Origin: Balanoglossus misakiensis
Taxonomy: Eukaryota; Animalia; Hemichordata
Direction: 5' to 3'
DNA length: 64,000 bases
Assembly (NCBI GenBank): GCA_040954595.2
Contig: CM082578.2
Span: forward strand, 8,231,519 to 8,295,518
How positions within the stretch are numbered: position 1 is the stretch's first letter; each line of letters opens with the position of its first letter. Below the pieces are notes generated by a model. It ran no database searches. It was not told where the DNA came from and was given only the letters and a program-made list of their open reading frames with translations. Positions 26,301 to 39,500 of the stretch are shown piece by piece. The position numbers and the translations under genes are program-made.

Positions 26301-26461
26301 TTTACAGTATCTGATCAATGATATTCCTTTATTTCTCCACAGAAAACCACCGTGTGGAGAGTGAATATGAAGTAGCTGTTCGTGTGAAGAAAGTTCTTCT
26401 GACACTGACAGGGATTGTTGCTCCTGTCTTCTATGTCATAGGCAGAATTCCGATCTTCTAA
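23363..26461 (+). CDS. Uncharacterised ~600-aa membrane protein with a duplicated anoctamin (TMEM16/ANO10-like) TM3-TM5 module
   Basis: Exons 23363-23495, 23889(or 23892, NAGNAG)-24730, 24999-25173, 25292-25409, 25541-25781, 26053-26227, 26343-26461. All are GT-AG and phase-consistent, giving a 1803-nt ORF with gccATGG start context and AATAAA at 26576. The motif LTDLENHRVESAYE..VKK....FYV occurs twice (second copy ESEYE) and resembles the anoctamin TM4-TM5 linker as recalled (LTxWENHRxESxY..LKV..FYIAF). Confidence 0.75.
23909..23983 (+). repeat. Coding 24-bp tandem repeat x3 (KSRHSKK[A/E])
   Basis: aagtccaggcactccaagaagg(c/a)g is repeated three times in exon 2. Confidence 0.9.
24636..26455 (+). 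repeat. Intragenic tandem duplication of a 3-exon block (offset ~1051 bp)
   Basis: 24636-25409 matches 25687-26455, including identical splice junctions and similar intron starts. Confidence 0.9.
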
Positions 26462-27559
26462 AATGCCATACCACTTCACCACAACCATTCTGAATACAGC
26501 AGGGACAATGGAATCGATTCCTATTTGTATTTATATCAAGACTCTAGACGCTGTACAGATTTTTTTTTTCATTTTAATAAAACACTTTTGTGACAATATG
26601 TCTGTCTGACTTACACTTATCCACACTCAAATTAGACGATATAGCCAGTACATGAATTCAGTTTTAGTTTTCAGGGTTCAACCAAAAACGGACTTACGTC
26701 TGTAATACTAAGTATTTTTATTTGGTCTATATACAACCACCACCAGTACATTTTCTTGTCCAATTCTTTGAAACATGCTAAATTGTTTAATACATTACGA
26801 CTTCATTTTTGAAGGCACAAAGCTTTGAGCCTTGTCTCATCAGACTATCAGTTGACTATATGATATAAAGGATACAAGGCACCACCATTTTTTGGAAAAA
26901 AGGGGGCAAATGCATATTAAAATTCATCTTTTTGTGTCCGACTGGCATTTCTGACGAGTCTCGCGCACTTTGCTGGGAAACAAGAAGTGCGCCCTCTTCG
27001 CCAAACCTGAAGAAAAAAACGTTGTGAATGTGTCACATGACCTCCGGTGCAACAACATACTTTCTGGTGATGACAAGGACATATGCAGGGATAGTGTGTT
27101 GGGACAGCTGATAACGATATAGACTCGGCTTCAGATTGATAAGGTAACGTGTCTATCAGTTTCTTCGGTGCCATGGGTATATTCCAACAACATACGACCG
27201 TCTAAGATACTCGCCAGATTTGTACGTTTGTCATAGTCGCATTGACAGTCCGTCTTCTCAGTGTGTGTACAAAAACAACGGAAGCGTACAGTTTTCATTT
27301 CAAATCGAAACTAGAGGTCGAGGTGGCGGGGACGGTTACCGTAGTACTTGATAACATATTTATGATCATTGGGATATTGTTATTCAGGATGTACACTTCA
27401 TGTGTCAGTCAGCAGTGTAGCAATCTATGTTTGTGTTCTATCGTAGAGTTTCCTACAAGGCGTACTTCTATCTTCTATCTTTACCCTTATTACGTGTGGC
27501 ACCTATCCAATCGATCCTCTTTACCTTTACCTCTCTATCTCCTGCCTGATCGTCAGACC

Positions 27560-30500
27560 ATGCTTACGGCAAGCTACGCTGCCAGTCAGCTCCAGAAATC
27601 GATGTCAGAATTTTTACGAGGTAAACGATTATTTCTGCACCCTACCCACAGAACATTGTGACTAAAATCAGTGTTGTTTTGAGTTGCCATGGGGACCATT
27701 TGGTGTCGCCGGGTTTGGTACCATTTTCACTTCGATTGCATTCCACTCTTTTGTCCAGGTTTTTGTGTGAAAGGAAATCAATTATGACCGTCATTACCTG
27801 TTAAAATAACTCAGAGGTTGTATGACTATTATTAGACTGGGGAAACAATAAGTATACCTATAAATAGAACACAACTTCTAATTTATGCATGCTTTTTAAC
27901 TACATGTATTAATTTAGTTATAAACTTAAAAATGAAGATGTCACTAATTTGCAGAATTCCTGATGTCCACTATCTCTAAGTGGCATGGTCTGTTTGAAGT
28001 TTAAATTTTTGTCCAAAGAAGCATTCAATGCTAACTCGTTTGTGTTTTATGGTATTATCAGTTACTAGCTGCAATGATTGTTGCGGGTGCTGCTGGGTAG
28101 ACTGGTGTGTAACCTGGCAGCACCCACTACAATCATGCATTGCAGCTACAACAGTACTAATGTGGATGGCGTGCTTTATTTCATGCACTTGTCATGACAA
28201 CTGGTACATAAATATACAGAGAAAGTAGTGACAGGGCAAAATCACAGACAGCTGTTGTGTTTTTGATTTATGACATCTTCTACATACCGCCTCACAGTTT
28301 GCTAGAGAGCAGTGTTTGTAAAATCTGGCCCTGTAGCAGCTATTTGCAGGCTTTTCTACTATATGTAGACTAGTGGTACTTGTACATGGTTTTCTCACCC
28401 TGTATTATACATTGTACAACCGTAACATTCCCAAGAATTTAAAGTATTGTAAAGGTGTGACTTTATATGGCTCTGTTTAGAATTGTCATGACAGTCAACA
28501 AGCACAACCGTTTTTGGGTTGACCATAAAAATGTACTCAAATGCAAGCTGTGTTTGGTCATTTGAGGAAGTACTCCAAATTATAGCTGTAGTAACGCAGT
28601 TGTACCATTGGGGGTGGTGATTACCTGGGGTAATCAGCCACCACCACCAACGGTACATGCAGCTGCGTTACTACAGCTATCCAAATTGATAATGGGTTGT
28701 TCAAGCTTCAGCTCTCACCTAGTGCAAGACTCCTGCCGTTCACAGAGAAAAGGTGAGGAACGGTAGGGGACGGTCCTACTGCATGTACCCTGGCGTTCAC
28801 TGTGTTTTCGTGTAGCCCTGACAGTGACAGAGGGCAAGACTTGTGTGGTGTCAGTAGACCATTTTCAGAGCTCCACAAAACCCTGTGAGACTTTGCGTAG
28901 CTACGGTAGGCAATGTATATGGGGGGGGAGTCTTTCTCGTAGCACAGGACAAACAACATATGGCCCATCTTGTTAAACTTAAACAGCTCAAAAGTTACAT
29001 ATTTTGTTAAACTCTATTCTAATTTCATATAAAGCTGGACTTGTACACTTGTATTACTTGGCCAGCTACCCATTGCTACAGTGATTAACATAGTTTCGAA
29101 AGATCTATCAATGAGCAGCAAAATCGTCTATTTATCGTACAATCTATCGCAGGTGTTGAGACTCAGAAAAGGCTGTGTTCAACAATCTCCCTGTCACTCT
29201 ACAGTGACCTTTCCATAAAGCTCTCTCTTCTGGCAGGTGCATAACTATGGAAACTCCAGAGTCTTGACAGATCTGAAAAAAAAGGATGGGAAGAGATTGA
29301 TTGTTACAAGCCCTGCGCTGTATTTCAGAAAGCTACTTATGTCCACTTGTTTAGAATTGTCAAGACATGGACATAATTGATGGCATAGCATGAAAAATAT
29401 ACCCATCTCTTGGGGAATTCTAATTGGTCTGCCTAATAGAGAGACTTGAGCGTATATTTCACACACAGTCTGAATGTAAATCATTTATTAAAAAAAATAA
29501 TCTGGATACTAGACAGGCAAGATTGTCTTATTAGTCTACAATTAGAGCCATATTAATCCTGAACTTGAATTTCCAAATTTTCACTAGATAAATGTATGCT
29601 TTATGATTCTTTGGAGACAAGTGTCAAAGCACAGCACATTGACTAGGGTATTTGGAACGCTGCATGAGTGACAGACTGCTGAAAAAATTGTGACTAAATA
29701 CGACGGTTGGAAGATTATGTTAGATTTTATAATGTCGCACCTGAATCCTACCAAAAAAAAGGCTTACGGTTCACAAGCAGGGTTGGCATACGTTTGTATG
29801 TTGTCGAGAATGCATGGCCTACATTGAAAGTTAATCAATTTTCTTTCAACTGCCTCCCGGATGAATGGGTCATTCTAAAATAATTAGAATAATGAACCTT
29901 ATTATGTACACCTACTGCCACGATGAACAGTGTTCTATCATGCAATGATCTTCTGTATTGTACAGTGCCCAGAGTCTTGTAAATGTAGAAATTCTTGATG
30001 TACATGTATGACGCCAGATGGCCGGGATGGAAGACGATAATATTTAATATGGTGGTGGTGAATTTGAATTGCTTCACGGTGTATAAATGAAACATCCTGC
30101 ATAGATCTGTAATTTTCATAACCATTAAACTTGTTGTAAACAATGATCATTGTCAAAATCATGCTCTGTCGCTGCATTTCAAGACGTTTGCAGTTAAAAA
30201 TAGCAACAGCAGGGTTTGGCATTGACAATGATGACTGTACGGGAAAAGATTTAAGTAAAGTATTAAAAACAACCCACACTGTTCTCACATGACTAGTGCT
30301 AATGAAGGTGATGACATTTTTTCCATAGCTTCAGTTGTTGCTATGACAACACAATGAAAGCCGATCCATATGTAGCAAAATTTGGACATTTTCTGTCAGC
30401 GGACACGTCTTCATAAAGAACTCTTGATCAGGAAAGACTCCCACACAAATGCTCTGATGATGCGTGTGTGTTTTCCGCTACATGTTAAGAAAGATGAACT

Positions 30501-33500
30501 GGAGCTTGTACGTGTGGCATCGCGCCACAACTACACCTCATGCATTAAATGATCTTGTATGGTCACTGATGCAGTTGTCATAGTAACCACTGATTTTGCT
30601 AACACCGATGGCCGTGAAAGAGGAAATGCAGGAAATCATTGTCAGTCTGTTCGCGTCAGCATTGATGTCACTGACATTGACATTGACATTGACACAGGCG
30701 CTGATTCATGGCTAATTGATTTCCTGTGTCATTAGGTTTGGCATTTGTGTGTGTGCACGCTTACTGTTGTATTCATGAAAGTCAGCCCTCCCATATGCTG
30801 TATTGTCTTGAACATGGTGCCTACATGTACAAACATTCCTCAGTCTGGTGGAGTGACTTGGTCCATGCCTATGCTACCAAGGATTGATAAATTGAGATTT
30901 TTGTATCATCTAGCGTTGTTAGCATGTAAACATGTCAGATGATGAATAGCCAGTCTGCTCATTTGAAAAAAAAAGAAATGTGCCAGTCTTTAGTTGTGGC
31001 CCTTTGATTTTTTGAGGAAGTACTGGAAACAAAATAGCAAACCGTTAAATGGGCCGAGGACACTCGCTTGTTCAGATGATTGAGTGATGTGTTTCGATTG
31101 ATCAAAATTTGGGAAATCGTGCGCAGTTTAATGCAAGCTGCCCCTGGGAAAGAATCTAATCACGCCCATCCACTCAGAAGGTTCATTGTCAATCTTGACA
31201 TGCCTGCTCGTTATTTCCTGAGTTGATAATTCTAGTAGTATGTTGCAAATGCAGTCAACAAGTTTGCAGCTGTGTTTCTGTAGAATAGTACATGTATTGT
31301 TTCTATCCACTAATAATGTGATGATGATGGCGATGATGATGATGATGCCTTGATGGTGATGATGATGATATGATGATGATGATGATGATGACAACGACAA
31401 TGATGATGATGATTTATGTAGCAAAGATAAAATTAATACAACCTTTGATTTCTGGTAAAACATTAAAAACAATGGAGCCAAAGATGTGCAAATATGAAAC
31501 ATATTTGATCATACTGGTATGACAATTACCATGGTATAAAAGACTAGAATAAGCGTGTGATACATACCATTCTATTTACCTGTCTGTCTTTTTGCATCCC
31601 CTTTGACTGCAGACTTATCTTTTATTTTAAAACAAACAGCATTATAATCTTTTATTTTTAAACAAACTACATTATATATTACACACCAATTACAAATATA
31701 AATTGTAATATTACAGGAAACAAACCAGTTATGTACTACACAGTAGATTGACAACAGACGATCATTGGGTCTATATTTCCTTCAGAATGAACCCATCAAT
31801 TGTAGGCATTGTGGGGCAGTCATCATTTGTGGCGAGGCGTTATTCAAATTCTACAGTTTCTCTTTACTCAAAAGAAGCCAATATTGATTATTTCTTGTTG
31901 CCAGACAGAAGTATAAATAGAGGCAAAGTATAATTTCCAATGCACTGTTCTGCAGTGGCTGTGTGTCAGCTGTCTTGTTGCTGTGTTTGGTCTGTGTTTT
32001 CTTTGACTTGTGTATACAATTCATGTTTGTGCGTACATATTGAGAATGTGGGTTGGGTGTCAGTGGGCAGAGCATTCTTTTTTTTAGTATGATCCCACGT
32101 GACACTGGTGTTCTCCCAAGAGAAATTTAAAGAGTATCGGCAAATACCTGTTAATTGTTTTTGGAATATGCTCATCATTGTCTGATATTGCAATATTGTT
32201 AACATTTATAAATTTATTTTCCCCATAAACTGAGAAAACGCTTTTTTATATGAACTTAAAGTAAAAATAAAAAAGCGTTTTGTGTCAACTTACTGGAAAT
32301 ATTGTACCATAATGTAGTACTGCCTTTTCTTTACATTCAGGTATTTCGTACCTGATCATTAATTAAACAAAAAAGCACTTTGAAGATGCTTCAGTGTGTT
32401 TTTGAAGACTGTCTGCTTGTAAAACTTTCATACCTTGTATAATGTTTCAGTATAAGTGTAAATTATTAAACAGCAAATTCAAACACTTTCTTCTTCAAAA
32501 CAACTTGTGAATGTATTCATGTCACACACACCAGGGGATAAACTGTTGATGGCACAGTACGTATATGATCAGAGGTCTGTGCCCCTGGCAACTTGGAACA
32601 CATTTTTCATGATATGAAATTAGATATATCTATCTAACCTGATTAAAACCATGCCCTCGCCCACCTAGGTTTCTCTGAATTTGTTTGTTGGCAGCATTCA
32701 TGATGTTGTGAAGACGACATAGGGGTCAGTTACTAATTAGATTAATTAATGCGGCAAATTGCCATTTGCTTCAATACCACTGACAAAATTTGCAGCTTGT
32801 TCAATTCACTGTTAGGGTTCCGAGGTGTGCTTCGAGTACACTGCGCCCAAGGTCAAGGGCAAGACCTCTACTTACTTTTCTTAGGAAGTGGTGCTTTCTC
32901 CACAAGTGGATTAAAACGGAAAAAAATGGACGAATAATTAAAAGGGAAATTTTGCATGAAATATATTCATGGAATGTTGAAGTTATTGTTAATAAATTCT
33001 TTAATATTTCAGGGCGGTACCAGTTGAGGGTACATTGTACATAAAAACCCCAACATGCGTGTATGCATTATTCAGAAATAGATCTCATCCCTTTATCTTC
33101 ATCTTCTCCTTTCAAGATGGTTCACTCTCTTATCTCTCCTCCTTATCCTTTCTGACTCTAAAAGTTCTCTATTCACTCTAAACTGTGTGGAACATCGGTT
33201 CTGTGCCATTGTCATGTTCCGGTTTCCCCTGCGTGCTGCATGTACCATTGCATGCTCAGAGACTCTGAAATCCATCAATGGGACTCGCACAAGGCCTGAT
33301 GCGGTTTCCATGGGCAATAATGTGGTTTCCATGACAATGGTGTATGTGTATACAGTACTTAATGAGCTTCACTAGATCACACACACAACTTGGAAAGTCA
33401 ACTATTGTTAATCCCTCTCAGTGTCGGATTGTTAAAAATACACAGTTGAGTTTTCCTATTTCACATTGTGTATATCTGACTTTTTTCTGGCTTGTGCTGG

Positions 33501-36500
33501 ACTCTATCATTTTAAACATGTTGAGTTGTTTCGCATCCTTTTAATCTCAAGTTTGAAGTAGTGATATCTCATATTTAAGGAGGTGATGATAATTGTTTTA
33601 AAACTTCTTGTTATATCTCATTAAGGATGTACGCGCAGAACATAAACCGGAAACAGCGCGCGCCCGGTCTTTTTCCCATAGGATTACACTGAAAATTGCT
33701 AGAAAACAAACTTCTACTATTGTCATTTTCACTAAATTTCACACAAAGCTCAGTTCAGCAAATATAAATTCATTGGTCAAATAAAATATAGGGGTCACCG
33801 CGCTCTTTTTTGAGATAAATTGCGTTAGAAATTTTGTCCATAGACAAACCATTGGTGAAAAATGCTGAGTCAGCAGTTTTCTTCTATTATCGACTAAATT
33901 CATGGCTCTGTATTTCAAAAACAAGCGCGGTGACCCCTTTATTTTATTACGGATTTTCATTATACATACAAAGGAGAATCTAAAAATCCACAATTAAAAA
34001 AAATGACAATACTTTCAATTTTACTGAACGTACAACAATTTTGATCTTATTCTTCAGATCATGCTATGGCTAATACACCTAGAGGGGAGATCAAGTGGAC
34101 GTCCAACGCAGGGGAACATATAGGCAGTACGAACAAGCCCACCGCCAAATATAGCGCCCTTTCGGACGGCTTGCGACAGATCACGCCCGGATCGTGGCAA
34201 TGTTCCATGTTCTGTGGCGGTCGCAATTGCAAATACTGCAATCCTAGTAAAGGGAATTGGCCGTCGGAGAGGATGGTCATCAAAGGACTGTTTTCCGAGT
34301 GGTGAGTATAACTACGTGGAAGACCACGTCTCTGCCCTCAGCCAGTATTTGGAATTGTAATGATGGTCCTTTGATGAGTGATTTCTGGTTCGATGTTTAT
34401 GACCACCACCCCCTTTCACCATCATGCTTCAGCCCATATACTAGTAGTTTTCTATGGTAAGGTTGGACCTCTAAACAGGGAACTGGGGGTGAAAGGGTTA
34501 AGACTAAAAGACGTATCCGAGTGAATACAATAATTAATCATGTAGACTCTTTTTCTTGATATCTGACATTTCTATTTGATTTTTTAAACATCTCACATCC
34601 TTGTCATAGCAAGGAATTCTTTATATACAAAAAGATAAAATGGCCCCAGTCATACAGTCACTCCACTAGCCCTTAAACCCCAGGCTCGTGGTTTTGCTCA
34701 CACACCCCCAGGGCCCTTCTAAAGTACCTTCATACTCACAGTAATATAATTTTATTTTCTCTTTTGTAGGATCACCGATGATATAATTGCCATATCTAGA
34801 CCATCAACAGAAATTATAGAGAAATACAATGTCATAGAACAGTTTAAAAAGTAAGGAATTATCTCATCAAAGTGGTAATTTAATGCTTTAAGCATTTATA
34901 CGCTCCATCCATTAGGCATATCTTCAACTACACATATGTGCATGTACCGGTACCGGTAATACCCAAATGAATTATAAACAAAATGTCAAATTTTCTATCA
35001 ATAAATTGAGATTATTCCATCAGAAAATGTAGCTAAATTATATTGCTGGTTGTATAAGAAAACCACTGTCGTATTTTTGTATCCAAGCAATCACTTTGGA
35101 TATTTATCGTTATCTGTATTTTTCAGAAAGTGACATCCAAGAACAAAATTTGATATGACATTTTTCAGATGCATCAGCTTGCAGCTGCTGGGTTTTAATG
35201 GAGACTTGACTTTTTTTCTCTCCGACTAATCAGTCATCATAACCATGCCAACCAATGGTCCCTGTAATGCATGGTCCTTGTATTGACGTCATTCAGTAAA
35301 AATTTACCACAGCCAGGGATTACCTTAGCTTTTTGTGTCTGTTGGAAATGATTAGATGGGAAGTTTATCATGTTTGGCCAGACTGTCACAGAGCCTCCTG
35401 TTCAGCATTCCGGTCTTTGGTATTTAACCTTTCCATGAAATAATACCATGAGACAAACATGGGAGTCTGACTGTACACACCAGTATAAATACCGTACTTT
35501 TGGCATCTGTCTGTGGTGTTATAGGTACACCCCAAGGGTTCTTTCTTTAAAGCTACAGTATCTTCAATATTCCCCAAAAGACAGCCGGGCCTGTATTTCT
35601 GTCAGTATCTGAACTGAGTTTGTATGTGGTATTGGTTGTGTTTGAGCATGTCATGTTATGGCCAAAAAGCACAGAATCCAAAACTTTTTTAACTGATGAG
35701 ATCTCACATTTGTTTAGCAGGGAGATACTAGTGTAACCATGGTCACTGGAGTGACTGTGGTGCACCACACAACTGTGTCTGTGCATCCACATGTGTGTGC
35801 ATGTGTATGTGCGCACGTATATGCCTGCATATGTGTGCACATGCGTTAACAAAGAGAAGACTTGGCATTGACTACTACTGATATTTCCCTTCGACAGATG
35901 GGACATCAAGTCCATAATGAACCTACAAAGACCCGGCGAGCACAGCAGTTGTGGCAACCCTCTGGAAGAGGAAAGTGGCTTTTCCTATTTACCAAAAACT
36001 TTTATGGACGAGGATGGTAAGCCTGATCAAGTGAACTCATAAAAAATCATCAATGTACATCTCTTCATGAAATGATTATAATGTAATGACGTAAAGTTGT
36101 AAAGTGAAATGTGCATATGAGCGTTTGGCCACATGTGTATCACACTTTATATTTCTATGGGTGATTTATTTTTTCATCAATGTCAGCAGCCTTATATAGA
36201 ATTTCCTGTTCATAATATGAAAATTTGAATTTAAGTTTCATCTAGATAATATCTCATAGTTATAGAGATGGATATTTATGAACCTTTTCCACTATTTTTT
36301 TTCAGAATTTTTGTCCTGTGTGTTAACTAATTTCTTGTTTCCCCAAAATAATATCAAATACCATCACATCCTGTTTATGAGTAGCTACATATACATGTCA
36401 GTGATACATGTATTTTATGTCCAGACAAATTGGTAAATTGCATGACCTTTACATCCTATATTTTGTTGGTTTGGATCTGCTGGTGTGATCTTAAAAATTC

Positions 36501-39500
36501 ATCACTTGACTACCTTCTTTGTGGCACAAACAGCATTTTTCTCAGTTCACAAAATCTTACGCAATCAGCATGAGGAAGTAAAAAAAATTCTAAGACAAAA
36601 TTGCTGACAGTTGTTATAGCTATACTCTCTCTAAATGATTTATAGCCTTCCCCTTTAAATCCTTCCATCTAAAAGCAAGCCACAAATTATTCCTGAGTGA
36701 AAGTAAAAACTCAAAACATGTGCGTTCAATTAGGGTCCGTTAATGGTGTTTAGCTGGAGGTGAAAACACATTAATTTGTGATTGAAAGTCTCATGCACTG
36801 CAACGCAAATTTGTTAACCTCAAACATTTTCTTGGGTAATCTTTGAATATTACCCATAAAACGGTATGACCTTTGTTGTATTACGATAACATTCTCTTGT
36901 GATCATAAACTGGGCAAGTATTACAATTTAACAGTTGTTGTGCCTTTTTAACATTACCACCATCTTCAAAAACTGAGTGATTGTGTTATATGTACATGTG
37001 CATACATGACTATTTCAGAGAATTTCCCATGTGAACTACTAACTACTGCCACTGTGTTTAATAGCTAATCTTTATTCTTTTTCTAGTTTTCTTTTACAAT
37101 TTCGGTTGGGATGACTATGGTGTCCGATCGTTGCCGTCCATCCTTGACATGGTCAAGGTCATGTCATTTGCATTACAAGAAGGAAAGGTAAACATTTTAC
37201 AAGTCATTTGCATTTGGCATTCTTCATTAAAATATTTAAAAATCTGTATTTTTTATTATTTTATCGACAGTGTTTTTCTATAACTTTGCATGGCGGGATT
37301 ATAGTGTTAGATCACTGTATAGTGTGCTGGATATGGTCAAAGTGTTGTCATTTGCCTTGGAACAAGGAAAGGTACAGTGGAGGAGTGGCTTTGCAAACAT
37401 GCAATCAAACAGTCATTAATTAAGTCACCGTTTCAAAGCTTGAAGCATGTACTAATAGAAACTACACTATTTGGAGTGGAAAATTGAAGTGACAAAATTA
37501 TACATTCAGCTATGCACAGGCTATTTGCACAAATGCTACATGATAGATCAGTACGGTTGGTTTTATATGCTGCACGTGTATGTTCTTGAAGAAATGTTCA
37601 AGAAAAAAGTTTGGTCTGTTCAATTGAACCTCTTTGTCATTTCAAGCGTCTCGGTTTAGCATTTCTCTCCTCTCCACCATGCAATGAAACATAAATAATT
37701 GATCGCTAGACAACAATATAACTAACATGAAAGTGATATCACTTATGAGTTGTAAAGTTGATTGTGTGACATTGGTGAAAACATATTGACTGAAATTGAG
37801 ATCACTCATTAATTTTTAAGTTGACTGGGTGAAATTGATATTCTGCATGTATGAGAAAATACTTTGGAGGATGTTTTCTGACAACTACTGCTGTCCAGCA
37901 TACTATATCATATTTTGAATTTATCATTTGGTGTTATTACCATGCTTTTCCTGTCTCCCTCCGAGGCTCGTATTTTTTTCTGAAATCAAGTGAAAATTTA
38001 CCACTGTCTGTAGGACAGCTTTTAAATTAATTAAAATACATCGTATAAATTTCATTACTAGTTGCTGTTATTGTGAACATGATAGAAAGTGAAACCACAT
38101 GCGAAACTACAGATCTTTGACAACTATTGTGACTTGAATGTACATGTATTGAATGGTTCCAGGTACTTGTACCGTAGACACTGTAACATAGCAACTGCCT
38201 GGTAGCTATGACAACCTGATCTGGGATATAAACAAACTCTAGTCATTCCAGTCAAAGGGTCACTGACGTCAGTGACCTGCTTTGAACTCATGACATATCT
38301 GAACACTACTGAGTCCTGTAAATATAGTGTTGATTGCTTGTAAATTGAGCGTGCCCTGCGGGCCAGTGTGATGCGCCACTGACTTTTCAAACTCTCTCTG
38401 GTGGCACAAGAAAAAATGATCCGTATTACATTGTACGTGGACATGTAAAGGTGTAGGGCTGGCAGAAATTTCGAGATTTTCTCAATTTGACTTAACAGCG
38501 TTTTAAAAATGCTTGTCAGAGGTCACACTGCTTGAAGTACGGTTACCCTTTCCACCGTGTTGCCTCACCTTGTGCGTGCCACAGAAAAAATATACCTTGA
38601 ATTATTGTGCATACGCATACTTCTAACTTTCTCTTCTGAAAGTTGTTTTGTTTGAAAGTGCACAAGGCATTTGACTGTGAAAGAGTTACATACACAAAAT
38701 CTATGCATGTGCACACACACACACGCACACACACACACACACACACCATAATACACACAATCGATCCAAAGTTGTGTGTACACTAAGTCAAATCACATGT
38801 TTTCACAGTAGCAAGGAGAGAACCAATTATCATTAAAATGTGTGTCATATGTGAACATATAGTCTCATCACCTCAGCATTGGTTTGTCAGTATAATGCTC
38901 CCCTCTTTGTTTTCAGCTGAGAAGTGTAAGAGACTGGGGCAACATATGGGCCACGTCTGTTTGCCTCTAACTATCTCAGAACCAGTCATATAAATACTGT
39001 TTTTTAAAAATAATTCGTATATGTTTTTTTTCTCTTTTTAGGCAGCTGTCCACTGTCATGCTGGACTGGGACGGACTGGTGTACTTATAGCATGCTATCT
39101 TATTTATGCAAAGAGGATGGAAGCTGACCAAGTTATTCACTTCGTGAGAGAGAAAAGGTAAACTCGCCACAATAGATGTGACAATCATTTTGCATTTTAA
39201 TTAAGTACGACTTTTGGAATATATCAAAACTTCTTTGAATGACAAAAAAATTTTTGAACGAATCACGTGTCTTATAAGGTTGACCATAATGAGTGTCATT
39301 GTTGACTTTTTTGTTGTTGGATTCTTTGCAGACCTGGTGCAATTCAAACAAGAGGTCAAGTGGAGTGCTGCCAACAGTTCGGCAAATTTTTGATCCCCCT
39401 GCGAGTGGTGTTTTCATCTGTGTAAGTATTCACAATATTCCTGGTTGTGCACATTACAACAGTACTCGGTGCATTTACAGGTTTCTCTGTATTTGTAGAA

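Larger units (their letters stand above)
27683..33338. promoter_or_regulatory. Cluster of RFX X-box motifs in PTPDC1 intron 1
   Basis: GTTGCCATGGGGAC at 27683, GTTGCTATGACAAC at 30337, GTTGTCATAGTAAC at 30574, GTTTCCATGGGCAAT at 33304, GTTTCCATGACAAT at 33325. Confidence 0.5.

Noticed and set aside
33600-34035. Possible MITE beginning TTAAGGATGTACG
   Set aside because: The matching right terminal inverted repeat is only partial and there is no second copy in the window.
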